This document shows positions 52,105-64,000 of a DNA stretch of 64,000 nucleotides, piece by piece. The position numbers and the translations under genes are program-made. Numbering within the stretch: the stretch's first letter is position 1; every line of letters starts with the position of its first letter. Origin of the DNA: Selaginella moellendorffii (lineage: Eukaryota; Plantae; Lycopodiophyta); assembly GCF_000143415.4 (NCBI RefSeq), contig NW_003314266.1:3956753-4020752 (forward strand), written 5' to 3'. The notes under the pieces are model-generated. The model searched no databases and was not told the DNA's origin. It saw only the letters and a list, made by a program, of their open reading frames with translations.

Positions 52105-52879
52105 TGTCGAAATCGCAAGAAATCCACCTGGCGATGAAATGCTCCCGCGGAAGATGGTCTGACTAAACCCTAAATCTCAGAAAACCAAAAAAACAAAAAA
52201 AAAAAAAAAAAACCATACAGTTTTAATGCCTAGACCCTGATAGCGATTGCCTTGAGCTTGCAGGCTTTTATAACTCCTCGATGCTTTGCAGTGCGTGTTC
52301 CAGCTCCGAGAAGGTGCTACCATGATCCAGAAAACGAAAGGAATGTAAGAAAGAAAAACCTTCGCTAGATGCCCGGATTTGCATGCTTCTTTCTATTTGA
52401 TAGATTGCGGTAGCTCCTCCTCATTATCCGCAAGAAAAACAGTCACCATTGTTTCATAGATGAATCAACGAAAATAAAAAAAGAACCTGCAGCCTTTGCG
52501 TCTCGACACCGCTTTCGACACGAGCAGCTCTTTGTTCGATGGCGATTCGGCTAAAACACGTCTGATCTCTCCACTCTCCATATCGCGATCTCGGCTTCCC
52601 TGCAAAGTTTCTTTCAACATCATTGCTGGCAAAGATCCTCCAAAACTTTTTAAAACCAGTAAGGCTTTCTCGAGAGGAGGACGCAATTTTCATCTTCCGG
52701 ATCTTCATTTGAGGAAGTTTAGGGAGAAAAAAAAGCCGACCCGATACCAATAGGGTGACCTTTTAAATGCGCTGGTAGCAGCGTGGAAGATCACAGGAAA
52801 ACAGCAACGCCAGCGATCGACCAGAGACCAGTGATAGCTTCCACTCGCTCTCGAAACTCCCGAGCTCCTCGGCGCTCAT

Positions 52880-53545
52880 TCTCCCGGATCGACCCAAGAT
52901 ATCGATGCTCTCTCCTCCCACCCCTCGGCCACAAGACCGACATGGCTGCACGAAGTTAGCGCTCCGGAACGTCACCTCGTCCTCGAGGTTCATCATATGG
53001 ATGATCGTAGTGCCCGTTTGAGCACACCATGGTCGTCCATGGAACCAAGCTCCGAGTACTCTTCATGCTCTGAAACACGCGGCACGGCCGAGATCGCCCA
53101 AGTTGACCTGCCGTCCAGCAGGCGATGGTCTCTCGTGGAAGAAACTCACGGCCTCGTCGAAATGCCCATTCTCGCCAAACGCGAGTAGCATCAAGCTCCA
53201 CGAGACTAGATTCTCCTCCGGATTTGATCGAAGGTGTTCTTCGCGACGAAGCCTTTGCAACATCGCCGTCTACGCCATCACGTCCTGATCAACCTCTTGC
53301 GGCGGCCAGATTGTAAGGGAGCCGGCCTTTCAGATTCTACCTAGAATCCACTCGGGGGTAGCACAGCAGTAGATTCGTCCACGACACGAGATCCTTGGCC
53401 GGCATTCGATCGCGATTTGCCCCTAGTGGGCGTGTGCCGTCATCATCTCACGGCCTGGCGCTCTGAGACGCGATCAAACATCTCCTGGCAGTTGCGGAGC
53501 CCAGATACCGCGACGTAGCCGGCGACCATCGAGTTCCATGACACA
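52880..53545 (-). pseudogene. PPR gene remnant
   Basis: VSWNSMVAGY, MPAKDLVSWT, NLVSWSLMLLAFGENGHFDEA, LVPWTTMVCSNGH in shifting frames. Confidence 0.75.
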
Positions 53546-54865
53546 AGAACACGACCATATTAGCATGCTCTGTACTCTGGAACAGTGTTGGAATATATAC
53601 CAAGCAATAATAAAAACAAATGATATTATGTTAAATAGTCTTTGATAAGATCAGTTACAATATCAAACTAGAGAGCTGATAGTTCATATCCTTCCAATTT
53701 CTCCTGGTTAGCAAATTCATGCCAGAAAATGGTTTGAAAATTCTCCACACCCTGATCAATCCACGCAAGATTGCTCACAGCTTGGAGTGGAAGAGTTCGA
53801 ATGTGAGAGAAGAGCAAGTGCGTCAATCTCTTATGCCCCAGACTTTCTTAACATAGCGGGGCGTACATGTGACATATGTTATATTTCCTTCTCTCGCATG
53901 AGCCAATTGACGCTCCAATTGTGTCTCTCATTTATTGGCGAAAACATCAAGAAAATATTTCGAGGTTAGGTTCTTCATTTTTATTATTATAGATTAGAAA
54001 TTGTCTAGAAAATGGTGGGCAGTTGACAAAGCTTACTCTTTTCCAAGTCTACTCCTCTCAACATAAACTCTAGATAGGGAACCCATGCCTAAAAGAGAAA
54101 ATATGTTTACGCACTAGCAAAAAGTCTATAATACCTACTTATTGAAGCTGAAGTTCTTAGACAATGTATGATTCACTCCCACTTGTCCTTGCATTTCAGT
54201 GGCCTATTTATCATTGGGAACATCATGTAAATTGTTAGAGATGCAATAGTAGCTGTGGGAAGATATTACCAGAGCAGACATGATGGAAAGTTGACGCTAT
54301 ATTTTAAATCAAATGGCACCTTGCTACACCGATATGTTAAAGTTAGCAGGCTCAATGTGTACCTCCATATCTGCATCGGGTAAATAATATATAGTCAGGT
54401 CCTTCACATCCACAAACACGTAAACTTACCAAACTTTGCTATATGGGGTATGTATGTATAGTTCTTGATCTGCAGAAATTGAAAAAAAATATCACATACC
54501 ACTTTTGACAGCCAGGACTGCCACAGGCTATTTGTTCCTACTAATGATCTGTAGTGCTTGCAAGCACAAAAATTCGCACTAGGACTCCACCCAAAATCCC
54601 CGTATGGAAAGCACCATTCCATCATGAACATGGACGTGAAAAGAAGATGAAGGCTAAAGAGGGAACATTGCATTCATGTAAATGCTGGCACAAATATGGT
54701 CCACATTAAAGTGAACCATGTCTATATTATCCCACAGAAACAATCTGAGGAACCTAATAACAATATATGCTAGAGCAAGATATATGATTCTAATAAATGA
54801 TCTAATTATTCATCAAGATTTTTAATTTTTAGGATAAATTTCGAATAAAAAATTAAGGGAATATT

Positions 54866-56422
54866 CTACAGAGGTTCCTCCCCAGAGAGTTCCTCGAGCG
54901 ACTTTCCTTTGGTCTCGGGCACCAGCAGCGAGAAGACCAGCCCCAGCGAGTTGCAAAATCCCAGCACGATGAGCGCGTTCCTCAAACCAATCCCCGTGTG
55001 GTACCCCTTGTCGATCTCGCTGCTGTGCCTGCTCTGGCTCGCGTACAGGAACCCAAACGATCCAACAATGGCCCCGGCCTTGCCAGCCGCCGCCGATATC
55101 CCATGGCACGTCGAGCGCAGCCGCGCCGGGAACAGCTCCGCCGGGACGATGAAGGTGGTGGCATTCGGGCCGAAGTTGGCGAAGAAGAACGTGAACGCGT
55201 ACAGGACTATGAACGCGGTGTGATGATCCTTGAGGTAGTGGTAAGGCACGGCCAGTGCGAACATAAACACCGTCATGAAGAAGAAGCCGATGAGCTGGAT
55301 CACGAAGCGGCCGAGCTTGTCGATGAGGAGGACTGTCACCCAGTATCCTGGAACCGTGGAGCACAGAGCTATCAGCGCCTGGGCTCTCGAGATCCTGTAA
55401 ACTTCCTCTAGCGCGCTCATCTTCTTGGCACTCTCGAGCCACCCCACGGCCGTGAACACGTCCTTCTGGAAGAGGTTCTGGCTGTAGAAGGCGATATCGA
55501 GGAGGAACCAAGTCGTGGTTGTCCCCAGGAGATGGAGCCCGTGCCTTCTCACGAACTCCCTCGAGAAAAGCTTGTACGTTGGAGGCTGCGGTCGAGACTG
55601 CTGTACCTCAGCTTCCGAGCTAGTAATAGTAGCATCGATCCGGACCTGTAACACCTTGCTCATGTCTTCCGCTGCCTGGCTCACGTTGCCTTCCACCAGA
55701 GCTGTGTAGCGAGCCGTCTCCGGCATCTTCATCCTCCAGTAGTAAGTTAACGCCGCCGGGACTGCTCCAAGCATGAGAATGATCCTCCACACGTAGTCAG
55801 CCTCAGGAGGAGTTGAAGCAACGTGATCGACGATGAAGGCCGGACTCGGATATGCGTGCCTGAAGATGGCAGACACCAGCAGAGAAACCGCGGCACCTGC
55901 TAGAATCCCAAAGCCTTGCATGGCAAAGACCGCCGCAATGAAGGCGCCTCTGGTCTTCTGGTTGGCATACTCGGACATGATCGTTGCTGATAATGGATAG
56001 TCTCCGCCAATACCAAAACCCAGCCAGAACCGGAAGAAGCACAGCGTCCCAATCACTGACTTCGCCGAGTGACCGAATGAGAGGCCCGAGGCTATCGCTG
56101 AGAAGAACATTAGCATCAGAGTGATGCCATAGACTTTCTTCCGTCCCATTCGGTCCCCGAGCCAGCCGAAGAAAAGCTGGCCGGCGAAAGTTCCACAGAG
56201 AGCCACGGCAGTTACTGCGGAAGAAACATTGGCCGGAAGAGTACCTGGTTTGCCTGTCGAGGGATCATAGTAGTACAGACGGCCCAGCAGCTTCGTCACT
56301 GTCGTAATGCAGAAAAGATCGTACGAGTCTGTGAAGAATCCCATCCCTGCGATGACGATAGTCGTGAAGTGGTACCATTGTGTCTTGGCCTTGTCGAGAG
56401 CGGAGAGCACCTCGATAGCCAT
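54866..56422 (-). CDS. PHT1: Inorganic phosphate transporter, PHT1 family (MFS), intronless
   Basis: Signature [13 protein letters not shown]; [43 protein letters not shown]; 518 aa. Confidence 0.98.
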   Translation of the reverse strand: MAIEVLSALDKAKTQWYHFTTIVIAGMGFFTDSYDLFCITTVTKLLGRLYYYDPSTGKPGTLPANVSSAVTAVALCGTFAGQLFFGWLGDRMGRKKVYGITLMLMFFSAIASGLSFGHSAKSVIGTLCFFRFWLGFGIGGDYPLSATIMSEYANQKTRGAFIAAVFAMQGFGILAGAAVSLLVSAIFRHAYPSPAFIVDHVASTPPEADYVWRIILMLGAVPAALTYYWRMKMPETARYTALVEGNVSQAAEDMSKVLQVRIDATITSSEAEVQQSRPQPPTYKLFSREFVRRHGLHLLGTTTTWFLLDIAFYSQNLFQKDVFTAVGWLESAKKMSALEEVYRISRAQALIALCSTVPGYWVTVLLIDKLGRFVIQLIGFFFMTVFMFALAVPYHYLKDHHTAFIVLYAFTFFFANFGPNATTFIVPAELFPARLRSTCHGISAAAGKAGAIVGSFGFLYASQSRHSSEIDKGYHTGIGLRNALIVLGFCNSLGLVFSLLVPETKGKSLEELSGEEPL

Positions 56423-56522
56423 CTCTGCCTAAATCCCTTCCACCTTGTACGCGCTATACATATACAGCGAAAAAAAGTAAAGGAAGTCCATACATGGACG
56501 AAACGACCAAATGGAGTTTCCC

Positions 56523-56530
56523 GAATATGC
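56523..56530. promoter_or_regulatory. P1BS (PHR1-binding site, GNATATNC)
   Basis: GAATATGC 100 bp upstream of the PHT1 ATG. Confidence 0.7.
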
Positions 56531-56534
56531 CTTT

Positions 56535-57773
56535 TTACAAACCGCGATTAGCTTTGAAGTTGTTGGCTGTTTCAATGAGATCCGCGTTTGCGTGTATCAA
56601 GTTCTCGATAACCTGCAAAAGGAAAGATTAGATACAGAAAGCAAAGCTGGTACAAAAGCTTTTTACCTTCGAGTGCTGCCGTAGATTCACCTCGAAAACA
56701 TGTTTTTCTTCACTGATAGCCTTCAAGGACTCGACAACTTTGTCACGCTCTTTGGCATCCTTCTCGCATTGGTCCATGAGTTGTGCGATGGCCGTTGCCT
56801 GCGAGAAATTTTATTCTAGCCTCAAAAGTCACATGAGCTAACTACGTACCTGACGCTCTAGAATGCCTGATTTTACACTGCACTCTTCCGCAAGTACTGC
56901 TTTCTCTGAAGCTAATTGAGCCCGGTCTTTGCCAAGAGCCTGCAAGTGATGAGCCACATCCCTGTGGAAACGAGATCACCTATCATGCCAAGTTGTGGCT
57001 TTAAAGTTCGCTTACCGGCTTTGAGTGTCGTGCTGGAAGAGGTCTTGTTGCTGTACATGGAGACGAGTTCGTAACACAAAATTCTCCTTCATCAGAGCTT
57101 CCTTGCTGGCCACCTAATGCAACGAGAGAAAAGAAAACTTTAGGTGAGAACCAAAACCATCAAGAACTTGCCTCGTTTGCCAGAGCTTCTTGGAGCTCTT
57201 CAACTTTAGCGTTTGCAGTCGCCAAATCATCATTTACCTTCTCGAGCTCCTCGGCAGCCCCTACACCTGCGCGCTAAACATCAAATCAAAAGGAAAGAAC
57301 AATAAAACTCAAGGCTTCTATTAAACGTGAGAATGTTACTCGTTACCAGTAACGTGATGCAACCACGCGAAAGATCCTGTGGAAAGTTCTCTCTTGTCAA
57401 CACGAAGGAAGAAAAGCTATAGACGAGGAAAAGAAGAAGAGGAATGGTGAAAGAAATTCACACCTCATCCGAGCGGAGAAAATCAGCTACTAGTGTTAGC
57501 GCTGCAGCCCTGAAATTCGCTACTCGCCTGGAAAAGAAGAAAGAAGAAGGAAGAATGAGATGGTGTATAGATAGTAGATCGATGATCGATCACTCACTCC
57601 TTCCCTATCGGCGAGAATGCGGCATTCTCGATCGCATGCACCACTCGGAGGAGCTGAAATATTTTGGGAGAAGCATCGACGCTGCCGGCCGCCAACGATC
57701 CATCGGCTTGTAGATCGGAGAGGAGCGCCAGACCTGCCTGGTAGCGATCGATCGGCGCCTTCCCCGGATCCAT
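56535..57773 (-). CDS. Uncharacterised coiled-coil protein, multi-exon
   Basis: In-frame exons MDPGKAPIDRYQAGLALLSD..., RVANFRAAALTLVADFLRSDE, EELEKVNDDLATANAKVEELQEALANE (GC donor), ATAIAQLMDQCEKDAKERDK...SK|VIENLIHANADLIETANNFKANRGL*. Confidence 0.7.
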
Positions 57774-57841
57774 GGCCGGTCATGCTTCTCTCTAGAAGAA
57801 CCCTAGGACTTCTATATGAAATATTTTGCGTATTTGTTTCA

Positions 57842-58436
57842 TCACGGTAAGATATTGACATAGCCCACAGCGATCGCTACTGCGAGAATCGCGAGCGGTG
57901 GGACGAGCACGAACAGCCCGATCGTGGCAAACGTCCCAGAATCATCGCGCTGCGAGACTTTGTCTAGGTACTCCTGGCGCTTGATGTTCCTCTGGACCGA
58001 GATTTTGGGCTTCTTGTACCGCGAGTACACCAGTGGCACGGAGAAATCCGAGCCCTCCTCGCTGTTGCCGTAGCGATCGACGAGCTTGCTCGCGATTGTA
58101 TTGCTGCTGCTGCTGCTGCTGCTGCCTGGAGATCGAATGATAGAAATATCTGAGATCGCGAAGAGGGATGGATCGAAATATTTCGGTAGCGTGGCTTACT
58201 CGATTGCGTCAAGCGCTCCAAGCGCTCCAGCATAGATTGGGAAGAGGAAGAAGAGGAGCCTAGCAAAGAAAGAATGAAATTTTGGCCTGGAAGAAACATC
58301 GCGACTTACTCGCTTTGTCCGATCTTTCGACCTCCGCTCGACATTTCCAGGAATGCGTCGAGCAGTGGAGAAATTTGCCTTCTCCTCTCCCATTCCAAAC
58401 ACACGAAGGAGTGGAAACCCTAGAAAACAGAGCCAT
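57842..58436 (-). CDS. Small protein with transit-like N-terminus and C-terminal TM helix, 3 exons
   Basis: MALFSRVSTPSCVW...SDKA|SSSSSSQSMLERLERLTQS|SSSSSSNTIASK...RQEYLDKVSQRDDSGTFATIGLFVLVPPLAILAVAIAVGYVNILP*; both GT-AG introns keep frame. Confidence 0.7.
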
Positions 58437-58529
58437 GGAAGCAAACACTTGGCTAGCCCTTGCCTTCACACGATTTGATTCGCTCCTCAGTCGGTTTTTA
58501 ACGGAGCTTACTTCGTTAGCTAAACAGAG

Positions 58530-60848
58530 CTACCGTACATTCGTTACTTTAACCGAAGCAGCCGAGCTAGAGCTTTTGGCGAAGAATCCAGCCATGGAGA
58601 TGTACGGTGATGGGCTCTTGGGATCCATTCTGGCAGCTGCTTGAGCCCCCAGTTTCTTGGAGTTTTGATCCAATTCACAAGCGCCGAGGAGACTTCCAAG
58701 AGACACATCGTTTGGAGAATGCGGCATGGAATTGATCAAATCTTTCGCGTTTTGGAGCTCTCCAGCTCGAGAGAGGATGTCGATCATTGTGTTGAAGTGT
58801 TCTTTGCTTGGCTCCAATCCATGATCGCGTTGCATCAGCATGAAACACTCCAAACCAGTGGCGAGCATACCAATCCGGCTGCAAGCAGTCAAGATTGTCA
58901 TGAAAGTGACCTCGTCAGGAGCGATGCCTTCTACTTGGAGCATGAAAAAATGCGCAATGCCATGATTGAGATGCCCGTTTTGGGCATATGCTGTGATCAT
59001 AGTATTCCAGGACACAGTGTCCAAATGTTCCGGCATCTCGCTAAACATTTTCTTTGCAAAGGTGAGATTCCCTACCTGTGAATATCCCGCGATAGCAATG
59101 TTCCACACCACAATGTCCCGGAAAGGCATTCTTTCAAACACCAATCTTGCTTCCAGCATATACCCATATTGGGCATATGCCGAGAGCATTGTCGTGTGGA
59201 TCAATATGTCATGCCGAGGCATTAGATCAAAAACACGCTTCGCATCTTCCAGATACCCGTTGTGGGAATATCCATTAAACATTACTGCCCAGGCGACTAC
59301 ATCTCTTTCAGGCATGGAATCAAACACGCTTCTGGCCTCTTCCAAATGCCCCTTTTGTGAAAACGCCGCCACCATTGTGGTGAGAGAAGCCATATCAAAT
59401 TCTGGAATTCTCGAATGGAAGAACTCTCTCGTGCGTTCCAAATCTCCAATTCTTGCATAGAAATGAAGAAGAACATTCCAAGATACTATGTTCCGGCACG
59501 GCATTCTCACAAAAACATCTCTCACTTTCAAGATAGACTCCGCCTGGGCATACGATGAAAGCAGTGAATTCCAGCACAAGAGGCTAGCTTCTGGCATCTC
59601 CTCGAACAAATCTCCCGATTTTTCCACGGGCAAATACCAGCAAAATCCCTGGAACAAAGTTTCCCAGGAAGAATAATCATGCTGCGGCATTAGATCAAAA
59701 ACTCGTATTGCTTCCTTGATATGCCCTTCTTGGGCATATCCCGCGAGAAGAACATACCAAGACACCAAGTTCTTCTCCGGGATTAAATCAAAGAGTTCCT
59801 TCGCTTCTTTCAAATCGCCCTCTTGCGCGAGCGCCGCCACCATCGCAGTCCACGATATCACATCTCTCCCCGGCATAGAATCAAACACGGAGCGAGCTTG
59901 AGTGATATATCCATTGAGGGCATAGGCCTGGAGCAGCGAATTCCACGAGACGATATCTGGAAATGGCAGTGAATCGAAGAGCTTCTTTGATTCATCCACA
60001 TTTCCTTCACGCCCAAGAGCTGCAATCAAAGAATTCCATGACACAACGTTCCAATCAGGCATTGCTTGGAAGATCTCTCGAGCTTCCTGGACAAGCCCAG
60101 CATCCGCGTAGGCCTGGAGCATCGCAGTCCAGGAAACAATGCTTCGATCGGGCATGAGATCAAACAATCTTCGAGCACCCGGCAAATCGCCCTCCTTGGC
60201 AATCGCGATGAGCATCACGGTCCAAGAGATCACATCCTTGGCCGGAATTCGCTCAAAAATCTCACGAGCAGCGTCGATCTGCCCGGCATCCGCGAGACCG
60301 CGCAAGAGCGTGTTCCAAGAAACTGCATTGGGCCGCGCGATTGTGTTGAACACTTCAGTTGCTTTGTCAACTTGCCCATTCCGGGCAAAAGCTGCGATCA
60401 TCGTGTTCTTCGCTTCGATGGTCTTCACTGGCATTTTCTCGTAAAGGGCATTCGCTTGTAACGTCTCCCCAGCAGCACTATAAGCCGCTATGATCGAATT
60501 CCATGAAACTGGTGTATGATGTTGCATAGCATTGAAAGTTTGTCTCGCTTCCAGCAGATACCCATTCGAGGCAAAAGCATGAATCAAGATGTTCCAAGAG
60601 AAGGCGTTGGGCTGATCGATTGATCGGAACACCGCGCGCGCATCCTCGACGCAGCCACATTTCCCATACATCTGGACCATCAAGTTCGCAAGATAGACGC
60701 TCCTTCGATGCTTGCTCTTGAGAATCCTGGCATGGGTCTCGCGAGCAGCAACGAGATCGCTGGTATCGCCACAGTGCCGCAAGCACACTGCGAATTCCTC
60801 CATGAATTGGTGATCATCGCGTGGGAGTTCTCGAGCGGAGGAGATCAT
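58530..60848 (-). CDS. PLS-class PPR protein with E domain, no DYW (candidate organellar RNA-editing factor)
   Basis: Long run of 31-aa motifs (FDxMPxxDVxSWxxML); terminal GIAPDEVTFMTILTACS, EHFNTMIDILSRAG, LGSLLGAC, SPYISM; first ATG at 60848. Confidence 0.93.
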   Translation of the reverse strand: MISSARELPRDDHQFMEEFAVCLRHCGDTSDLVAARETHARILKSKHRRSVYLANLMVQMYGKCGCVEDARAVFRSIDQPNAFSWNILIHAFASNGYLLEARQTFNAMQHHTPVSWNSIIAAYSAAGETLQANALYEKMPVKTIEAKNTMIAAFARNGQVDKATEVFNTIARPNAVSWNTLLRGLADAGQIDAAREIFERIPAKDVISWTVMLIAIAKEGDLPGARRLFDLMPDRSIVSWTAMLQAYADAGLVQEAREIFQAMPDWNVVSWNSLIAALGREGNVDESKKLFDSLPFPDIVSWNSLLQAYALNGYITQARSVFDSMPGRDVISWTAMVAALAQEGDLKEAKELFDLIPEKNLVSWYVLLAGYAQEGHIKEAIRVFDLMPQHDYSSWETLFQGFCWYLPVEKSGDLFEEMPEASLLCWNSLLSSYAQAESILKVRDVFVRMPCRNIVSWNVLLHFYARIGDLERTREFFHSRIPEFDMASLTTMVAAFSQKGHLEEARSVFDSMPERDVVAWAVMFNGYSHNGYLEDAKRVFDLMPRHDILIHTTMLSAYAQYGYMLEARLVFERMPFRDIVVWNIAIAGYSQVGNLTFAKKMFSEMPEHLDTVSWNTMITAYAQNGHLNHGIAHFFMLQVEGIAPDEVTFMTILTACSRIGMLATGLECFMLMQRDHGLEPSKEHFNTMIDILSRAGELQNAKDLINSMPHSPNDVSLGSLLGACELDQNSKKLGAQAAARMDPKSPSPYISMAGFFAKSSSSAASVKVTNVR

Positions 60849-60876
60849 GGTATCAAAGTGGTCCAAGCATTCTTGC

Positions 60877-61420
60877 CTAGATCTTTTTGCCTAGCAAGCT
60901 CCCCAGCAAGAGATATGGAGATGCCGATCCATTCATTCCCAGCACCGATCTCGCGGTCGATCCGGCACGCGATCCCCACAAGATCTCGTCCCCTGCCACT
61001 GGCATCGGCTCGATCAGGCCCTCGGCATCGCCCAATCGGCCGGATCGATACAGCATGTCCATGACGCAGCTGTAGTGCTCCCACCACCATCAATTCGAAG
61101 AGCGCGCAGCACTGCTCCAGCTGCACGCCGCCAGGATGCTCGTGAAGGCGATCTGGTCGGGCATCTCTCCCGCAAGCCATCGATTACGGCAGCGCATTGG
61201 CCACAGTGGGCATTGGGCACGATATTTGTGCTCCACGCCAGGACGTCCTTGCAAGGGATGCAATCGAAGGTGCAATCAGCTCTAATTGGGCATTTTGGGC
61301 ATAGCCGCTGATCAGGGGAGGATCATGTTGTGCTCGGGCAAAGGCATCTTTTGCGCAAGAGAGATCCCCATTCTGGGCATATACCGTTATGTTCCAGAAG
61401 TAGATTCCTGTAAAAACCTT
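60877..61420 (-). pseudogene. PPR-E gene remnant directly upstream of the intact PPR gene
   Basis: YAQNGDLSCAKDAF, MPDQIAFTSILAACS, HYSCVMDMLYRSGRLGDAE, SASPYLLL in shifting frames. Confidence 0.75.
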
Positions 61421-62374
61421 CAGGCCTGTGCCACCCAAGGATCTAACTTGTTGTGATTGGTCACTAGCCTGACAGCCTGACCCAAAAACTGCAGAAGTCT
61501 CACCCAGGGCTCCATCTAAATGCTGATTCCCCACATACCAAGAAATAATGCCCAAAACTCTCAGAGCACAGTGACTCAGCTCAAGGTGTTTGCATGTGAT
61601 ATTGCAAGCCTCAAGTCATCCCACTCTTAAACACACAAAAAAACTCCTAAACTCAGGATACAAGTTCTATCACATTTTTAAAGATCACTATTAAACATTG
61701 TTAAATATAAAAGCCCCAGGTGAGGCTTTACAAAGTCACAAACACTTCTCTTTTATATTACCAGCTTTTTCTTAAATCCCAAACCTCTTGACTTGGATTG
61801 CCATATTTTTCCTCTGCCAAAATTGTCTTGTTTTTAAGAAGCACAATCTTTTATATCTCCATGAATTCCTATATACTTGGATCCAAATTTCCTCAGGCAA
61901 CATACATCTGCTTGATCATATATCTTTGAACCTTATACATGAGTTTTACATGCTTTTTTTCTTCTTTTTTCTTCAATTTTTGAAAATGCATTTTAAAAGT
62001 TAGATAGAAATTACCACCACATGAGCTTCTTAAAGGATGAATGAATATTCCAAATTTATGGTGGTGTTGACAATTACTTCTTTTGATGATAGTGTTTCTC
62101 TTGATCCATTGGATTATTAGTGTCTTGTTGAAGGTATATTTTCACAAAGAGAAAAATAGAGTAAAATGGTATATCCTTTGCTACCTCCAATGAGAGAATA
62201 ACCTATTTTGCACCAAAAACCATCCCCACAAGCTATAGTTATTAATGATTAATAACAAAAGAAGAATTGTCAAAAATTTTAATTTTTTATATTTTCTTAT
62301 GTTTTTTCTATTTTGCAAGTTATCTTTTTAAGAAATGGGCAAATTAAAGGCTTGCTTACCAGATGGTATAACAA

Positions 62375-63235
62375 AGGATGATGATTAGCTATTATTTAGG
62401 ATAATTGATTATCTTTGTTAAAGATATTGCTTGATTATTATTGATATTCAATAATTTATCATTCTTCAGGTTAGTGGATTATTCTTTGACAATGATTTTC
62501 AATTTCTATTGATGAAAATGATTGATGATTTTGTGATTCTTAGCTATTTTCTTTGAGAGTTTTTGTTTTTCACATTACCACATATTCTTTATAGTTCACT
62601 TTGGATTGATTTATTGAGTTTGAGATATTAGTAAAATGTTGCTATGCTTGTTTTGACAACTTTAGTTCTTTAATATTGTTAACTGAGATTTATTTAAATT
62701 AATTGGTGTGATAATTAGCATAAAGGAGTGTTTATTAGCTCTTGCAGCATTTGGTTTTTGAGTTCTTATACTCATTATTTCATTTTTAGGAGTTGTTAGA
62801 GAAGGTATTTTGGTTTCTTGCTTCTAATGTTTGTATTAGTTTTTGCATTTAGTGATCATTAATGATGATTGATCATTATTTGGGATAATTGATTATCCTT
62901 GTTAAAATCTTATTTGATTATTATTGATGATCAATGATTTTCGTTATTGGGATGGTTGATTATTCTTCAATAAGGATTTTTCATCTCTATTGATGGGAGG
63001 ATTGACAACCTTTTGTAAGGGTTAGTTATTATATTTGATGGCTTTTAGATTTTTGTATTACTATATGCTTTTTGTGGTTTGTGTTGGATTGGTTTTTTAG
63101 GTTTGAGATATTAGCAAAATGTTGCTGATGCTTGCTTAAGCAATTATAAATCTTTAGTATTGTTAATTGGGATATATTTTGATTAGTGTGATAGTTAACA
63201 CATAAAGAGTGTTTATTAGCCCTTACAACATTGAT
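62375..63235. repeat. Diverged direct repeat (period ~485 bp) in a T/G-skewed AT-rich region
   Basis: 62380-62750 resembles 62865-63230 (e.g. GGATAATTGATTATC, GTTTGAGATATTAG, GAGTGTTTATTAGC). Confidence 0.6.
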
Positions 63236-64000
63236 TTAAAATGTATTGATTATTGTTAAAGGTTTTTTTGATAAATTGAGATGTTATTTCCTTTGGATGA
63301 TACATTTACAAACATTTTTTTTGTTGGGAAATAACACTTTATGTCCTTATTATTGTCTTTTGTAAGTTATTTTGTATGCTCTCTTAGATATTTGGTAGTT
63401 CAAGCTTTATCATTAAGTTTATTTAGTGATATGCTTGCTTTTAAATTCTTTCAAGATTGTTTAATCTTATGTCTTTAAATTGTAATGATCTTGGTGGTTC
63501 TTATACTATTCTTGTTTACAATATGATAACTTAATTGGAATAGTTTTGTATCCTAATCTAATTTTAGTTCTTGATAAACTGATGTAAATATCTTTATTTA
63601 TAACTTTAATATTGTTTATCATATTGATCTTGATGTTTGGGTTAGTATAAAATAGATTAGCTTTGGCACTTCATGTGCATTATGAAATTTTTAGTTATGG
63701 GATAACTACTAATGACTAATCACATAACCTACCTTTCTCTCGATGTTTCTAATTTCATTCTAAAGATTGTGACTATATAAATAACTCTAATCACCTGTTT
63801 ATGTTAGTCTATTTAAAACTTTACCGATAGGTATAGTTTGTCACTCATAAGGGTTAGAGCTATTGACTTCTCTCTATATGTCACATGTAGGTAGAAGCAT
63901 ATCATCTTTTATAAGTTGAGTGACACCTATATTAGTCATTTTTTTTATTAGCGACAGCCTATAGATTTAACATCTTTTGTGTAGATAAAGAAATCGTCCT

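Noticed and set aside
54822-56042. Alternative-frame and antisense ORFs over PHT1 (and similarly over the TPR and PPR genes)
   Set aside because: Expected shadows of GC-rich coding sequence with no recognisable motifs

Overview
Eukaryotic land-plant nuclear DNA. The very short (~50-70 nt) introns, tiny intergenic gaps and abundant short-motif PPR genes suggest a lycophyte such as Selaginella (inference). Apparently intact genes: AP-2 alpha-adaptin (runs off the left edge), a plastid TPR protein, a head-to-head AAED1/PRXL2-like and PLPBP(YggS) pair, two PLAT/LH2 genes, an orphan ~6-TM gene, pectin acetylesterase, PHT1, a coiled-coil gene, a small plastid-type TM gene and a PLS-E PPR gene. Decayed genes: three PPR remnants, an LRR receptor, an atypical kinase, GCN1/ILITYHIA, probable Nup107 fragments and a tRNA-Ala(UGC). 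Mobile DNA: a 5'-truncated Ty3/Gypsy element containing a complete 593-bp Cassandra-type TRIM with 5S rRNA promoter boxes in its LTRs; two independent solo LTRs of one minisatellite-bearing family; and a ~14-kb tandem array of deleted hAT (DUF659) units. Most notable: the Cassandra element with a complete predicted Pol III architecture, four co-oriented genes with 68-112 bp gaps ending in P1BS-PHT1, and a 1.36-kb gene-spanning duplication flanking a 7.7-kb insert. All family assignments come from motif recognition by eye, not database searches.
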